Assembly (NCBI GenBank): GCA_963704815.1 | Contig: CAVPHU010000004.1 | Location: forward strand, 2,354-66,353 | Length of the DNA: 64,000 nt | Source: an uncultured Acidimicrobiaceae bacterium | GTDB lineage: Bacteria > Actinomycetota > Acidimicrobiia > Acidimicrobiales > Salinilacustritrichaceae | Direction: 5' to 3' | The notes under the pieces: model-generated | Database searches by the model: none | What the model saw: only the letters and a program-made list of their open reading frames with translations | What the model was told of the DNA's origin: nothing | Position numbers and translations under genes: made by a program | In this document: one piece after another, positions 48,882 to 57,316 of the stretch | How positions within the stretch are numbered: position 1 is the first letter of the stretch | Layout: each line of letters begins with the position of its first letter

Positions 48882-49979
48882 ATGAAGTCCGCTCGCCTCG
48901 ATGGGATCGAACTCCGCGACGGGGTCGATCGCGCGGTCGACCGGACGTGGAAGCGCATCGGGAAGCCGGGAACGGTCTGGACCGGGCCGCAGCGAGTCAC
49001 CATCGCCCGGGAGTTCCGCCGCGCTCACGCCTGTCATCTGTGCGCCGAGCGCAAGCGAGCGCTCTCCCCGTCCGCGGTCGACGGCACCCACGCCACGGTC
49101 GGCGATCTTCCGGCGGCGGCCGTCGACGCAGCCCACCGCATCGCCACCGACTCGGGTCGCCTGTCGAGTCGCTGGTACGACGAGTTCCTCGATGCCGGAC
49201 TCGGACCCCAACATCTGGTCGAGCTCACCGGCGTCGCTGCCACCGTCGCGGCGGTCGACACGTTCCATCGGGCGGTCGGTCAGGACCCACCGAGGCTGCC
49301 CGCGGCCCGTCGGGGGAAGCCTTCCGACGACCTGGCCGATGTCGCCATCATCCATTCGGCACGCGTCCCGACCGTGGCGCTCGAAGATGCCGTCGATCCG
49401 CTCGCCGGCTTCTATGCCGCGCAGCAGATGGTCCCGAACATCATGAAGGCGCTCACCCTGTGCCCCGACGAGACCATTGCGTTCTACGGGCTCGCCCATC
49501 ACCTCTACTCACTCGGGCCGGGAGCGCCGCCCGACGACTGGACGCTCAGCCGTCCGCAGATCGAGCTCGTCGCGGCCACCGTCTCGAACCACAACGACTG
49601 CTTCTACTGAACGACAGCCCACTCGTTGCTGCTCGGTCTGGGCGGCCTCTCCGAGGGTTCGGCCTTCGACATGACCATCGTCGCTGCCGACGCAGACGCA
49701 GGTGACGGCGGTGTCCCGCACGGCGACGTGCTTCGACGGTTCGCGCTGGCCGTGGTCTCCCACGATGATCCGAGTGCCATCGCAGCGGCGCGCGACGCGC
49801 TGCGCCACGCCGTCGGCCCCGCCGGGCTCGGCGACGCCTGCGGAGTCGTCGCCAACTTCGACGGCATCACCCGCGTGGCCGACGCCACCGGCACCGAGGT
49901 CGACGAGGTGATGGTCGAAGGCGTCGCCGCCGGCGTCCTCGGCGACTTCGACACGTCACATCTCCAGACGCTCGACTGA
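48882..49979 (+). CDS. AhpD/carboxymuconolactone-decarboxylase-family protein with an in-frame TGA (49608-49610) at the second Cys of CxxC. Candidate selenoprotein, or a nonsense-disrupted gene.
   Basis: ...VSNHNDCFY-TGA-TTAHSLLLGLGG... fits C-x-x-[C/U]-x3-H. The same frame stays open with high GC3 for 122 further codons. Confidence 0.6.
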
Positions 49980-50006
49980 TTCGACCACGCGACTCCGGGG
50001 GATCCG

Positions 50007-51752
50007 ATGACCGACGCACCCACGCTGCCTGCGAGCTTCGAACCCGACGACGGCCGGACGACCACCGGACCGGCCGGCGAGATCGCCCACGAGCGGCTGG
50101 TGGCACACGCCGAGCGCTTCACCCAGCGCCTCGTCTCGGTCGGCGACGACGCCTGGTGCATGATCGGCAACGGCCTCTCCAACCAGAACTTCGTGCGCGG
50201 ACCGGAGGGCATCATCGCCATCGACTCGGGCGAATCGATCGAGGAGATGACCGAGGCGCTCGAGGCGCTGCGCCAGGTCACCGACGAGCCCGTCGTGGCC
50301 GCCATCTACACCCACTTTCACTACGTCAACGGCACCGAGGCCCTGTTCAACGACGGTGCCGATCGATCGATCCCGATCTGGAGTCACTCCAAGGTCACCG
50401 AGAACCTCCGACGCCAGGGCATCGAGCTCTACGCCGTCGGGGCACGCGGGTTGGTGCAGCAGTTCGGCATCTTCCTCCCCGAAGAGGGCCCCGACGGCGT
50501 GCTGGTCGCCGGACTCGGTCCCCGCTACCGCAAAGCCGACCACGCACCGTTCACGCCGGGCTTCGTGCCTCCGACGAACACGATCGACGACGCCACCGAG
50601 GTCACCATTGCCGGACTCCGGACCATCCTTCGACCGGCACCGTCGGACGCCGACGACAACGTCACCATCGTCTTTCCCGACCTCGGCGTCTGTGTCAACA
50701 ACCTCGTGTGGCCGGTGCTGTTCAACGTCTTCGCCATCCGCGGCGAGGAATACCGCGACCCACGCGTGCTCCTGACGGGCATCGACGAAGTGCTGTCGTT
50801 CGAGCCCGAGCACCTCATCGGTGCCCACGGCCCACCGATCTCGGGTGCACGCGAGATCCACGACGTGGTCACCCGGTCGCGGGATGCCATCCAGTTCCTG
50901 TGGGACCAGACGGTGCGAGGCATCAACCTCGGGATGACGGCCGGCGAGTTGACCGAGTTCGTCCAGCTCCCGGCCCTCTACGACGAGCACTACCTGACCC
51001 AGCAGCACTACGGGCTGGCCGAACACCATGTCCGCCAGATCTTCAACGGCCTGCGGGGCTGGTTCGACGGCGACGAATCCACGCTGTTCCCCCTGCCCAC
51101 CATCGAGCGGTGCACCCGGCTGATCGAGGGGTTCGGTGGCCGCACCGAGGTCGCAGCCCAGGCACGGGCTGCGCTCGAGGCCGAGGACCTGCGCTGGGCG
51201 CTCGAGCTCTCGACGTGGCTCGTCCGCAGCAAGATCGGGCCGTACGGACGGGCCGACGGCGGGACCCCCGACGAACGTGAGCTGCTCGCCGATGCGCTCA
51301 GGGCGATCGGCCAGCGGACGACTTCAGCCAACATCCGCAACTGGACGCTCACCCGTGCCCGAGAGTTGGAGGGCAACCTCGACCTGAGTCGGTTCCGGGG
51401 CTTCCGGTTCAGCCGGGGGGCCGTGCTGGCCGCCGAGGTCGACGCGTACGTCCACGGTCTGCGGGTCGTGCTCGATCCTCGGGCCGCCGAGGGGGTCGAC
51501 GAGCGGCTGGCCTGGCGCTTCGACGACGGGACGATGGTGGGGCTGCACGTTCGCAACTGCATCGCGGTGCCGACGGACGGCGCTGCTGCTGCGACGACGC
51601 TCGTGCTGTCGCAGGAGGCCTGGGCCGACGTGCTGGGCGCCCGGACCACCATGTCCGAAGCCATCGACAGCGGCGCCGTCGTGGTCGAGGGCTCGGCCGA
51701 CACCGCGCTCCGGGTCCTCCGCTGCTTCGACCACCCGCCATTGCGAAGCTGA
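50007..51752 (+). CDS. Alkyl-sulfatase-like protein (MBL fold + dimerisation + SCP2-like C-terminal domain) with a non-canonical metal motif
   Basis: Three-domain architecture. GWFDGDESTLFPLP and RWALELSTWLV are typical of the dimerisation domain. The HxHxDH position reads HFHYVN. Confidence 0.65.
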   Translation: MTDAPTLPASFEPDDGRTTTGPAGEIAHERLVAHAERFTQRLVSVGDDAWCMIGNGLSNQNFVRGPEGIIAIDSGESIEEMTEALEALRQVTDEPVVAAIYTHFHYVNGTEALFNDGADRSIPIWSHSKVTENLRRQGIELYAVGARGLVQQFGIFLPEEGPDGVLVAGLGPRYRKADHAPFTPGFVPPTNTIDDATEVTIAGLRTILRPAPSDADDNVTIVFPDLGVCVNNLVWPVLFNVFAIRGEEYRDPRVLLTGIDEVLSFEPEHLIGAHGPPISGAREIHDVVTRSRDAIQFLWDQTVRGINLGMTAGELTEFVQLPALYDEHYLTQQHYGLAEHHVRQIFNGLRGWFDGDESTLFPLPTIERCTRLIEGFGGRTEVAAQARAALEAEDLRWALELSTWLVRSKIGPYGRADGGTPDERELLADALRAIGQRTTSANIRNWTLTRARELEGNLDLSRFRGFRFSRGAVLAAEVDAYVHGLRVVLDPRAAEGVDERLAWRFDDGTMVGLHVRNCIAVPTDGAAAATTLVLSQEAWADVLGARTTMSEAIDSGAVVVEGSADTALRVLRCFDHPPLRS

Positions 51753-51763
51753 CGCCAGACGGC

Positions 51764-52504
51764 TCAGCCGATGTAGGTCCCGAGCGTCCCGCAACAGCCC
51801 ATCCGCCGCTCCTCGGCAGGAGGCGGCATGCGGTGGATCGAAGCGTCGCGCAGATGAACGGCCTCGGCGCGCTCGATGTTCGCGAGATCTGCCGCGGTTG
51901 CCTCGACCGCAGCAACCGGACCGGTTTCCCATCGCTGACGCCAGGTGGGCGCCTGCGATGCAACCAGGGATGCCGCGGCGCCGAGGAACCCATCGAGCGG
52001 TTTGCGATCGCCGGCCTCGACCGCACGTCGCAATTCGATGAATCGTTCGACGGCGGCGTCGCGGCGCCGAAGCGCGGCCTCCGATGACCCGGCCGTCGTC
52101 GACGCGTCGACGGGCAGCGCCGCCGTCTCCTGGTAGCGGACGGGGTCGGCAACGACATCGGCGGCGAAGGTGATGACCAGGTCGCCGGCTTCGGGAAGCC
52201 CGGCGTTGCCCATGATCACCAGGATCTCGAGGTCACCACTGACGTTCACGAGCCGGTGGATCGAGCCCGGCGTGAACCAGACCAGCCCGCCAGGCGTGAG
52301 CGGAGTCTCGTCGAAGCCCGACCCGCTCAGGGTCTGCACCCGACCCTCGCCCCGCACGACCCAATAGGCCTCGGTGCACACCGTGTGGAGGTGCGGGGTC
52401 CCGCCCCGCAGACCATCAGGTGCCTCCGTGTCGTAGACGCGCAGGTGGGTGACGCCGACGCCGCCGGGGAGCGGCGGCACGGTCCCCTCGGTCATGGGGC
52501 CCAA
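51764..52504 (-). CDS. Cupin domain protein
   Basis: GGTPHLHTVCTEAYWVVRGEGRVQ...WFTPGSIHRLVN. Confidence 0.65.
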   Translation of the reverse strand: MGPMTEGTVPPLPGGVGVTHLRVYDTEAPDGLRGGTPHLHTVCTEAYWVVRGEGRVQTLSGSGFDETPLTPGGLVWFTPGSIHRLVNVSGDLEILVIMGNAGLPEAGDLVITFAADVVADPVRYQETAALPVDASTTAGSSEAALRRRDAAVERFIELRRAVEAGDRKPLDGFLGAAASLVASQAPTWRQRWETGPVAAVEATAADLANIERAEAVHLRDASIHRMPPPAEERRMGCCGTLGTYIG

Positions 52505-53580
52505 CCGGCGTAGAAGGGATGGTCGTCACCGATGGGCAACTCGACGTCGGTGCCCGAAGCGCTCGACCAGTAGAGCGCGGTCAGCAACTGGAGTGCGGCT
52601 CGGGCGTCGTCGAGCGACACCGGCAGCGGCCCACCGGCGCGAACCGCCTCGGCCATGCGGGCGAACTGGCCCTTGTACAGCTCGGGCTGCGGCTCGAAGG
52701 TGGCCAGCGCGGCCGCAATCGCCGCGTCGTCCTCGTCGCTGTCGCCCACGAACGACCACGGCTCGCGATGGTTCTGGTAGGGCGAGGTGTTGCTCTCGGC
52801 ACTGAGGTGCTCGAAGCAGAACCGATGGCGGCTGATCTCCTCGGACGAGCCCAGGGTCGCCGACATGGTGACGTAGGAGCCGTCGGCCATCTCGAGCGAC
52901 ACCGAGGCGGTGTCCTCGGTCTCGATGGTGTTCACCCGGGTCGATGTCCGGGCGAAGGCGCGGGCCGGCGGGCCCTGCACGAGCGTCACCATGTCGAGGG
53001 CGTGGATGCTGTGCGACAGCAGGATCCCGCCGATCTCGGTGGCGTGCCGTCCGCGCCAGGCCACGTCGTAGTAGTCGGCTCGGCGGCGCCACGAGACGTC
53101 GACGCTCCCGGTGTGGCAGGCGCCCGTGACGCCGGCGTCGACGAGGTGGACGAGCTTCTGGAGGCCGCGGCCGTAGCGGTACTGGAAGATCGGCATCACC
53201 CAGCAGCCGGTCTCCTCCTCGGTGGCGGCCAGCACGTCGAGATCGGCGAGCGATCCCACGACCGGCTTCTCGCAGACGACGTTCTTGCCGGCCCGGAGGG
53301 TGGCAGTGATCTGGTCGAGGTGGAGGAACGGCGGCGTTGCCAGGCTGACGATGTCGATGTCGTCGCGAGCCAGCACGTCGTCGAGCCCCGACGCAGCCTC
53401 GGCCTCGGTGAACCCCTGGACGAACTCGACCCGCGAGCGGTCGGGGTCGGCCGCGACCGCGATGGTGAAGTCGTCGGGCAGCCGCCGGTAGCCGTCAGCG
53501 TGAGCGGCGCCGACGCCCAACCCGACGATGCCGACGCGCAGCGGATCGTTCGTACCGGCCGACGTGGTCATCGCGGGCAC
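52492..53580 (-). CDS. Gfo/Idh/MocA family oxidoreductase
   Basis: LRVGIVGLGVGAAH Rossmann N-terminus, CEKP motif (NVVCEKPV). Confidence 0.85.
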   Translation of the reverse strand: MPAMTTSAGTNDPLRVGIVGLGVGAAHADGYRRLPDDFTIAVAADPDRSRVEFVQGFTEAEAASGLDDVLARDDIDIVSLATPPFLHLDQITATLRAGKNVVCEKPVVGSLADLDVLAATEEETGCWVMPIFQYRYGRGLQKLVHLVDAGVTGACHTGSVDVSWRRRADYYDVAWRGRHATEIGGILLSHSIHALDMVTLVQGPPARAFARTSTRVNTIETEDTASVSLEMADGSYVTMSATLGSSEEISRHRFCFEHLSAESNTSPYQNHREPWSFVGDSDEDDAAIAAALATFEPQPELYKGQFARMAEAVRAGGPLPVSLDDARAALQLLTALYWSSASGTDVELPIGDDHPFYAGWAP

Positions 53581-53623
53581 CGTAGCGGTGCGCGGATCGG
53601 CCGGTTTCGGGTACGAGCGGAGG

Positions 53624-54106
53624 TCAGCCGGCCGGCTCGAACCGCCACCGGCCGGTCTGGCGGAACCCTTCCCGGCCGGCCCAGCCCGACGACCGCCAGG
53701 CGATCACCTTCGCCGGCTGCACCACGTCGAACACCCCGTATTCGTCGACGTCGTAGTTCCAGTCGTACTTCCGGTCGTAGGCCTCGCAGATCTCGCGATC
53801 GCCGCCGTGACCGACGACCGATCCCTCGACGATCACCACGTCGGTCGCTCCGCCCAGGTGAACCGTGACGTCGCGGTCGGTCTCGAGTGCGGCCTTGATC
53901 GATGGGCTGCCGATGCTCAGGTACAGCGACTCGTCGCTCCACACGCCCCACACCGGCCGGGGATGGGGATGCCCCGCGGCCTTGGCGACCACCCAGTACG
54001 CACCGGCGTCGGTGAGTTGGCCGTCGACCCAGTCCCAGGCCAACGGAGGTTCCTCCGAGGGAGCTCCGTACATCACCAACCGTTCGGCCCGGGGCACGGC
54101 TCGCAC
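53624..54106 (-). CDS. Pyridoxamine 5'-phosphate oxidase-like (split-barrel) family protein
   Basis: GAYWVVAKAAGHPHPRPVWGVWSDESLYLSIG...VTVHLGG..VVIVEG. Confidence 0.6.
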   Translation of the reverse strand: MRAVPRAERLVMYGAPSEEPPLAWDWVDGQLTDAGAYWVVAKAAGHPHPRPVWGVWSDESLYLSIGSPSIKAALETDRDVTVHLGGATDVVIVEGSVVGHGGDREICEAYDRKYDWNYDVDEYGVFDVVQPAKVIAWRSSGWAGREGFRQTGRWRFEPAG

Positions 54107-54124
54107 CGTATCGAAGGCGTCGGG

Positions 54125-54691
54125 TCAGGGCCGGCCGGTCTCGCTCACGTCGTCGAAGCCTTCCTGGCACGACGCGCCGGGTTCGGGGGAATGGGCACCC
54201 GAGCTCGCCGCCTCGATGAACTGGGAGACGCGGGGATCGTTCACGTCATCGACCACGAGCCGGTGCTTCCAGGCCACGGCCTCGAGCACGTCGACGTCGG
54301 GGTGGGGCGAGGCGATCGTGCGGCCGTCGCCGGACTCGAACAACTCGCGCACCGTCGCCACCTCGGCGGCCGACAGGTCGGGGCTGTAGGCGAGCCAGAC
54401 CACGCCGTGTTCCATCGAGTGCACCGCGGTCTCGTCGAAGATCGGGGCCTCGTAGAAGTCGCAGTTCTGCCAGATGGGGTTGTGGTCGCCACCGGACGGC
54501 GGGCTGTCGGGATAGTCGAGATCGCCCTGGATGTGGTCGGCCCCGGTGACGGCTTCGACGACCACGCCGTCGATCGACTCGAGGTCGCTGCTCGCGCCCC
54601 CGCCATCGCCGCTGTCGCTTCCGCACGCGGTGAACACGAGCGCGGCCACGATCGGAAGAGCGGCGAGCCGGATGTGCACCACCCAATGCAA
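54125..54691 (-). CDS. DUF3105 domain lipoprotein
   Basis: Lipobox LVFTAC. PPSGGDHNPIWQNCDFY...HSMEHGVVWLAY. Confidence 0.7.
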   Translation of the reverse strand: MHWVVHIRLAALPIVAALVFTACGSDSGDGGGASSDLESIDGVVVEAVTGADHIQGDLDYPDSPPSGGDHNPIWQNCDFYEAPIFDETAVHSMEHGVVWLAYSPDLSAAEVATVRELFESGDGRTIASPHPDVDVLEAVAWKHRLVVDDVNDPRVSQFIEAASSGAHSPEPGASCQEGFDDVSETGRP

Positions 54692-54739
54692 CCACGTCGG
54701 ACGGCGACGGTGGGGGTCGGGCCGGGTCGATCTCGATGG

Positions 54740-55537
54740 TCAGGCGTGCGCCGTGACGATGTGGGCCGGCGCGTCGAACACCATCTCGCCGGAATCGACC
54801 ACGTAGGACCCGAGGGCATCGTCGGCCTCGACGAGAATCTGCTCGATCAGGTCTTCCTCGAGTTCGACGCCCATGACCGGCAGCCAGCCGCGCAGGTCGG
54901 CCTCGACCATCGAGCGCACGCTCGGAAACCGAGCGGTCCCCTGGCGAGTCTCGAGCGAGATCGACGAGGCACCGGCCTCCTCGAACAACCGGCGCAACTC
55001 GGCGGGGTCGCCGAGCACGAACGGGGCACGCAGCGCGTCAGCCGCAGCCGGACCGGCCAGCCGCTCCAACAGGTCGACCGAGATCGGGTAGGCGTCGGAC
55101 CGGTCGAGGGATTCCCAGACGGCAACGGCGATGCCGGCCCCGGGCTTGGCACAGCGCAGCAGTTCGGTGATCGCTTGGACCCGATCCGGGAAGAACATGA
55201 GGCCGAACTGGCTGACGACGGCGTCGAAGACACCATCGTCGAAGGGGAGCCGGCCGGCGCCACCCTCGGTCCAGGTCACGCGAGGCTCGAGTTGCTCGGC
55301 GACCGCCAGCATGCCCGGATCGATGTCAAGCCCCGTCACCGCACCGGTCGGGCCGACTCGACCCACCGCTTCGCGAGCCACGACGCCGGTTCCGCACGCC
55401 ACGTCGAGCACGGAGTCGCCGTCGGTCACGCCCGCAGCATCGAGCATCGGAGCAGCCCACTGCCGAAACAGGGCGTCGACGTGCAGGCGTTCGTAGGCCC
55501 ACGCACCTTCAACCGCCGGATCGAGCGGCTCAGCCAT
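54740..55537 (-). CDS. Class I SAM-dependent methyltransferase
   Basis: Motif I VLDVACGTG. FDAVVSQFGLMFF. Confidence 0.85.
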   Translation of the reverse strand: MAEPLDPAVEGAWAYERLHVDALFRQWAAPMLDAAGVTDGDSVLDVACGTGVVAREAVGRVGPTGAVTGLDIDPGMLAVAEQLEPRVTWTEGGAGRLPFDDGVFDAVVSQFGLMFFPDRVQAITELLRCAKPGAGIAVAVWESLDRSDAYPISVDLLERLAGPAAADALRAPFVLGDPAELRRLFEEAGASSISLETRQGTARFPSVRSMVEADLRGWLPVMGVELEEDLIEQILVEADDALGSYVVDSGEMVFDAPAHIVTAHA

Positions 55538-55614
55538 GGAGTCCCCCCTGGGTCGGAGTCTTCAGAACGGTAGTCGCACCGGCCGCCGCGGGCGGGGGGC
55601 CGGGCCTTGCCGGG

Positions 55615-56133
55615 TCAGCTCAGGTCGGCCGCGGTGAACAGCGAGATGAGGTCGAGGTCGGCCTCGGCGAGGCGGTGGGTTCCCTCGCTTCGGTCGATGA
55701 CACACAGCACGGCCAGAATGTCGGCGCCTCGATCGCGCAAGTCGGCAGCCGAAGCCAAAACCTGACCACCGGTGGTGATGACGTCTTCGACGACGAGGAC
55801 CTTGCGACCGTCGATGTCGGCGCCCTCGGCCAGCTTGGCCGTGCCGTAGCTCTTGGCCTCCTTGCGAACGAAGGCGGCCGGGAGCCCCGTCTGCAACGAC
55901 AGCGCGGTGGCCACCGGCACCCCTCCGAGTTCCAGTCCGGCGAGCACCTCGGTCTCGGCCGGCACGAGCGGAGCCGCCAACTCGGCCACCTCACGCAGCA
56001 GACCCGGGTCGGCCTCGAAGAGGTACTTGTCGAAGTACGTGGTGGCGGTCTGCCCGGAACGCAGGGTGAAGTTGCCGGTCAGCCGACAGACATCGCCGAT
56101 GCGCTCGGCGAGGGAGGGGTGCGAATCTGCCAT
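55615..56133 (-). CDS. pyrE: Orotate phosphoribosyltransferase
   Basis: GNFTLRSGQTATTYFDKY, PRPP motif KVLVVEDVITTGGQ. Confidence 0.9.
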   Translation of the reverse strand: MADSHPSLAERIGDVCRLTGNFTLRSGQTATTYFDKYLFEADPGLLREVAELAAPLVPAETEVLAGLELGGVPVATALSLQTGLPAAFVRKEAKSYGTAKLAEGADIDGRKVLVVEDVITTGGQVLASAADLRDRGADILAVLCVIDRSEGTHRLAEADLDLISLFTAADLS

Positions 56134-56213
56134 CCCCCCCAGCCTCGCCCACCCGTCGACGGCGTGCGAACATCCTCGACCGCAGACGACCTCCGAGCCA
56201 CCTCCGATCTCAG

Positions 56214-56254
56214 TCCGGTTTGGGCCGGTATCTGGTCGAAACCGGACAAAGATC
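56214..56254. repeat. Hairpin repeat family 2, copy C
   Basis: TCCGGTTtgGGCCGGtatCTGGTCgaAACCGGACAAAGATC, between marR and pyrE. Confidence 0.85.
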
Positions 56255-56323
56255 CGTGGCTGCGGGCTCTGACAGGGTGCCGGCCGGTCGGTCCTTCGGC
56301 CCACAGATGCCGGAAGGCGGGGG

Positions 56324-56827
56324 TCAGGTGGGGGTGCTGGCGTCGCCGGCTGCTGCTCGGAACCGGGCCAGCACCGCGACCAAGGTGTCGACATCACGGG
56401 CAGGCAGTTCGAGCGCCCGGAACACCTCGTTGACCGACTCGGTGGCCTCGGCGACCAGCGACCGTCCTTCAGCGGTGACCGTCGCCAGCGTGATACGGCC
56501 GTCCGAGGGGTGGTCGTTCCTCGCCACGAGGCCGTCGCGCTCGAGACGGTCGACGGCGTTGGTGATCGAGCCCGCTCCGACCTGGAGCCGATCGCTCATC
56601 TTGCCCAGCGGCAACGAGCCGGTTCGAGTGAAGGCCAGGAGGCGGAGCGCCTCGAAGCGGGCGAAGGTGAGGCCGAACGGGGCGAGCGCCTTCTCGATGC
56701 GCCCGAGCACGATCTGCTCGGCGCGCACGATCGAGGTGACCGCGGCCATGGCCGGTGCCACGTCGCCCCAGCCGTGGGTGCGCCACTGACGTTCGGCTTC
56801 GGCGATGGGATCGAAGTCGAGGCTCAC
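56324..56827 (-). CDS. MarR family transcriptional regulator
   Basis: Winged HTH: LPLGKMSDRLQVGAGSITNAVDRLERDGLVAR..HPSDGR. The GTG start overlaps the upstream stop (GTGA). Confidence 0.85.
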   Translation of the reverse strand: MSLDFDPIAEAERQWRTHGWGDVAPAMAAVTSIVRAEQIVLGRIEKALAPFGLTFARFEALRLLAFTRTGSLPLGKMSDRLQVGAGSITNAVDRLERDGLVARNDHPSDGRITLATVTAEGRSLVAEATESVNEVFRALELPARDVDTLVAVLARFRAAAGDASTPT

Positions 56828-57231
56828 GTCCGGCCGGCGGCCCGACGGACGGCGATGGCCACCTCGTCCGACGACGCGCCCGGCGTGAGGATCTCGGCGA
56901 CGCCGGCCTGGACCATGACCGGCACGTCGTCGTCGGGCACGATGCCACCGATCACGACGGCGGTGTCGAGGCCGGCATCGCGCACGGCCTGCACCATCTT
57001 CGGACCGAGGGTCAGGTGGCCGCCGTTGAGCATCGAGATCCCGATGACGTCGGCATCCTCCTGCTCGGCGGCCGAGATCACCGACTCGGTGGTCTGGCGC
57101 AGCCCCAGGTAGATGACCTCGAACCCGGCGTCGCGCAGCATCCGGGCCACGACCTTCAGCCCCCGGTCGTGACCGTCGAAGCCCAGCTTCGCCAGCACGA
57201 CCCGGACCGGTACCTCGGTCTCCTCACTCAT
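56824..57231 (-). CDS. Acyl-CoA mutase small subunit (cobalamin-binding domain)
   Basis: RVVLAKLGFDGHDRGLKVVARMLRDAGFEVIYLG (DxHxxG B12 motif). Confidence 0.88.
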   Translation of the reverse strand: MSEETEVPVRVVLAKLGFDGHDRGLKVVARMLRDAGFEVIYLGLRQTTESVISAAEQEDADVIGISMLNGGHLTLGPKMVQAVRDAGLDTAVVIGGIVPDDDVPVMVQAGVAEILTPGASSDEVAIAVRRAAGRT

Positions 57232-57316
57232 CGCAGGCTCGGCCCGCAGACGTGCGCCGACAACTCGGTCAGCACGACGCGGCGACGTCGTCGGATCCCG
57301 GGGTGGGTGGCACGCA

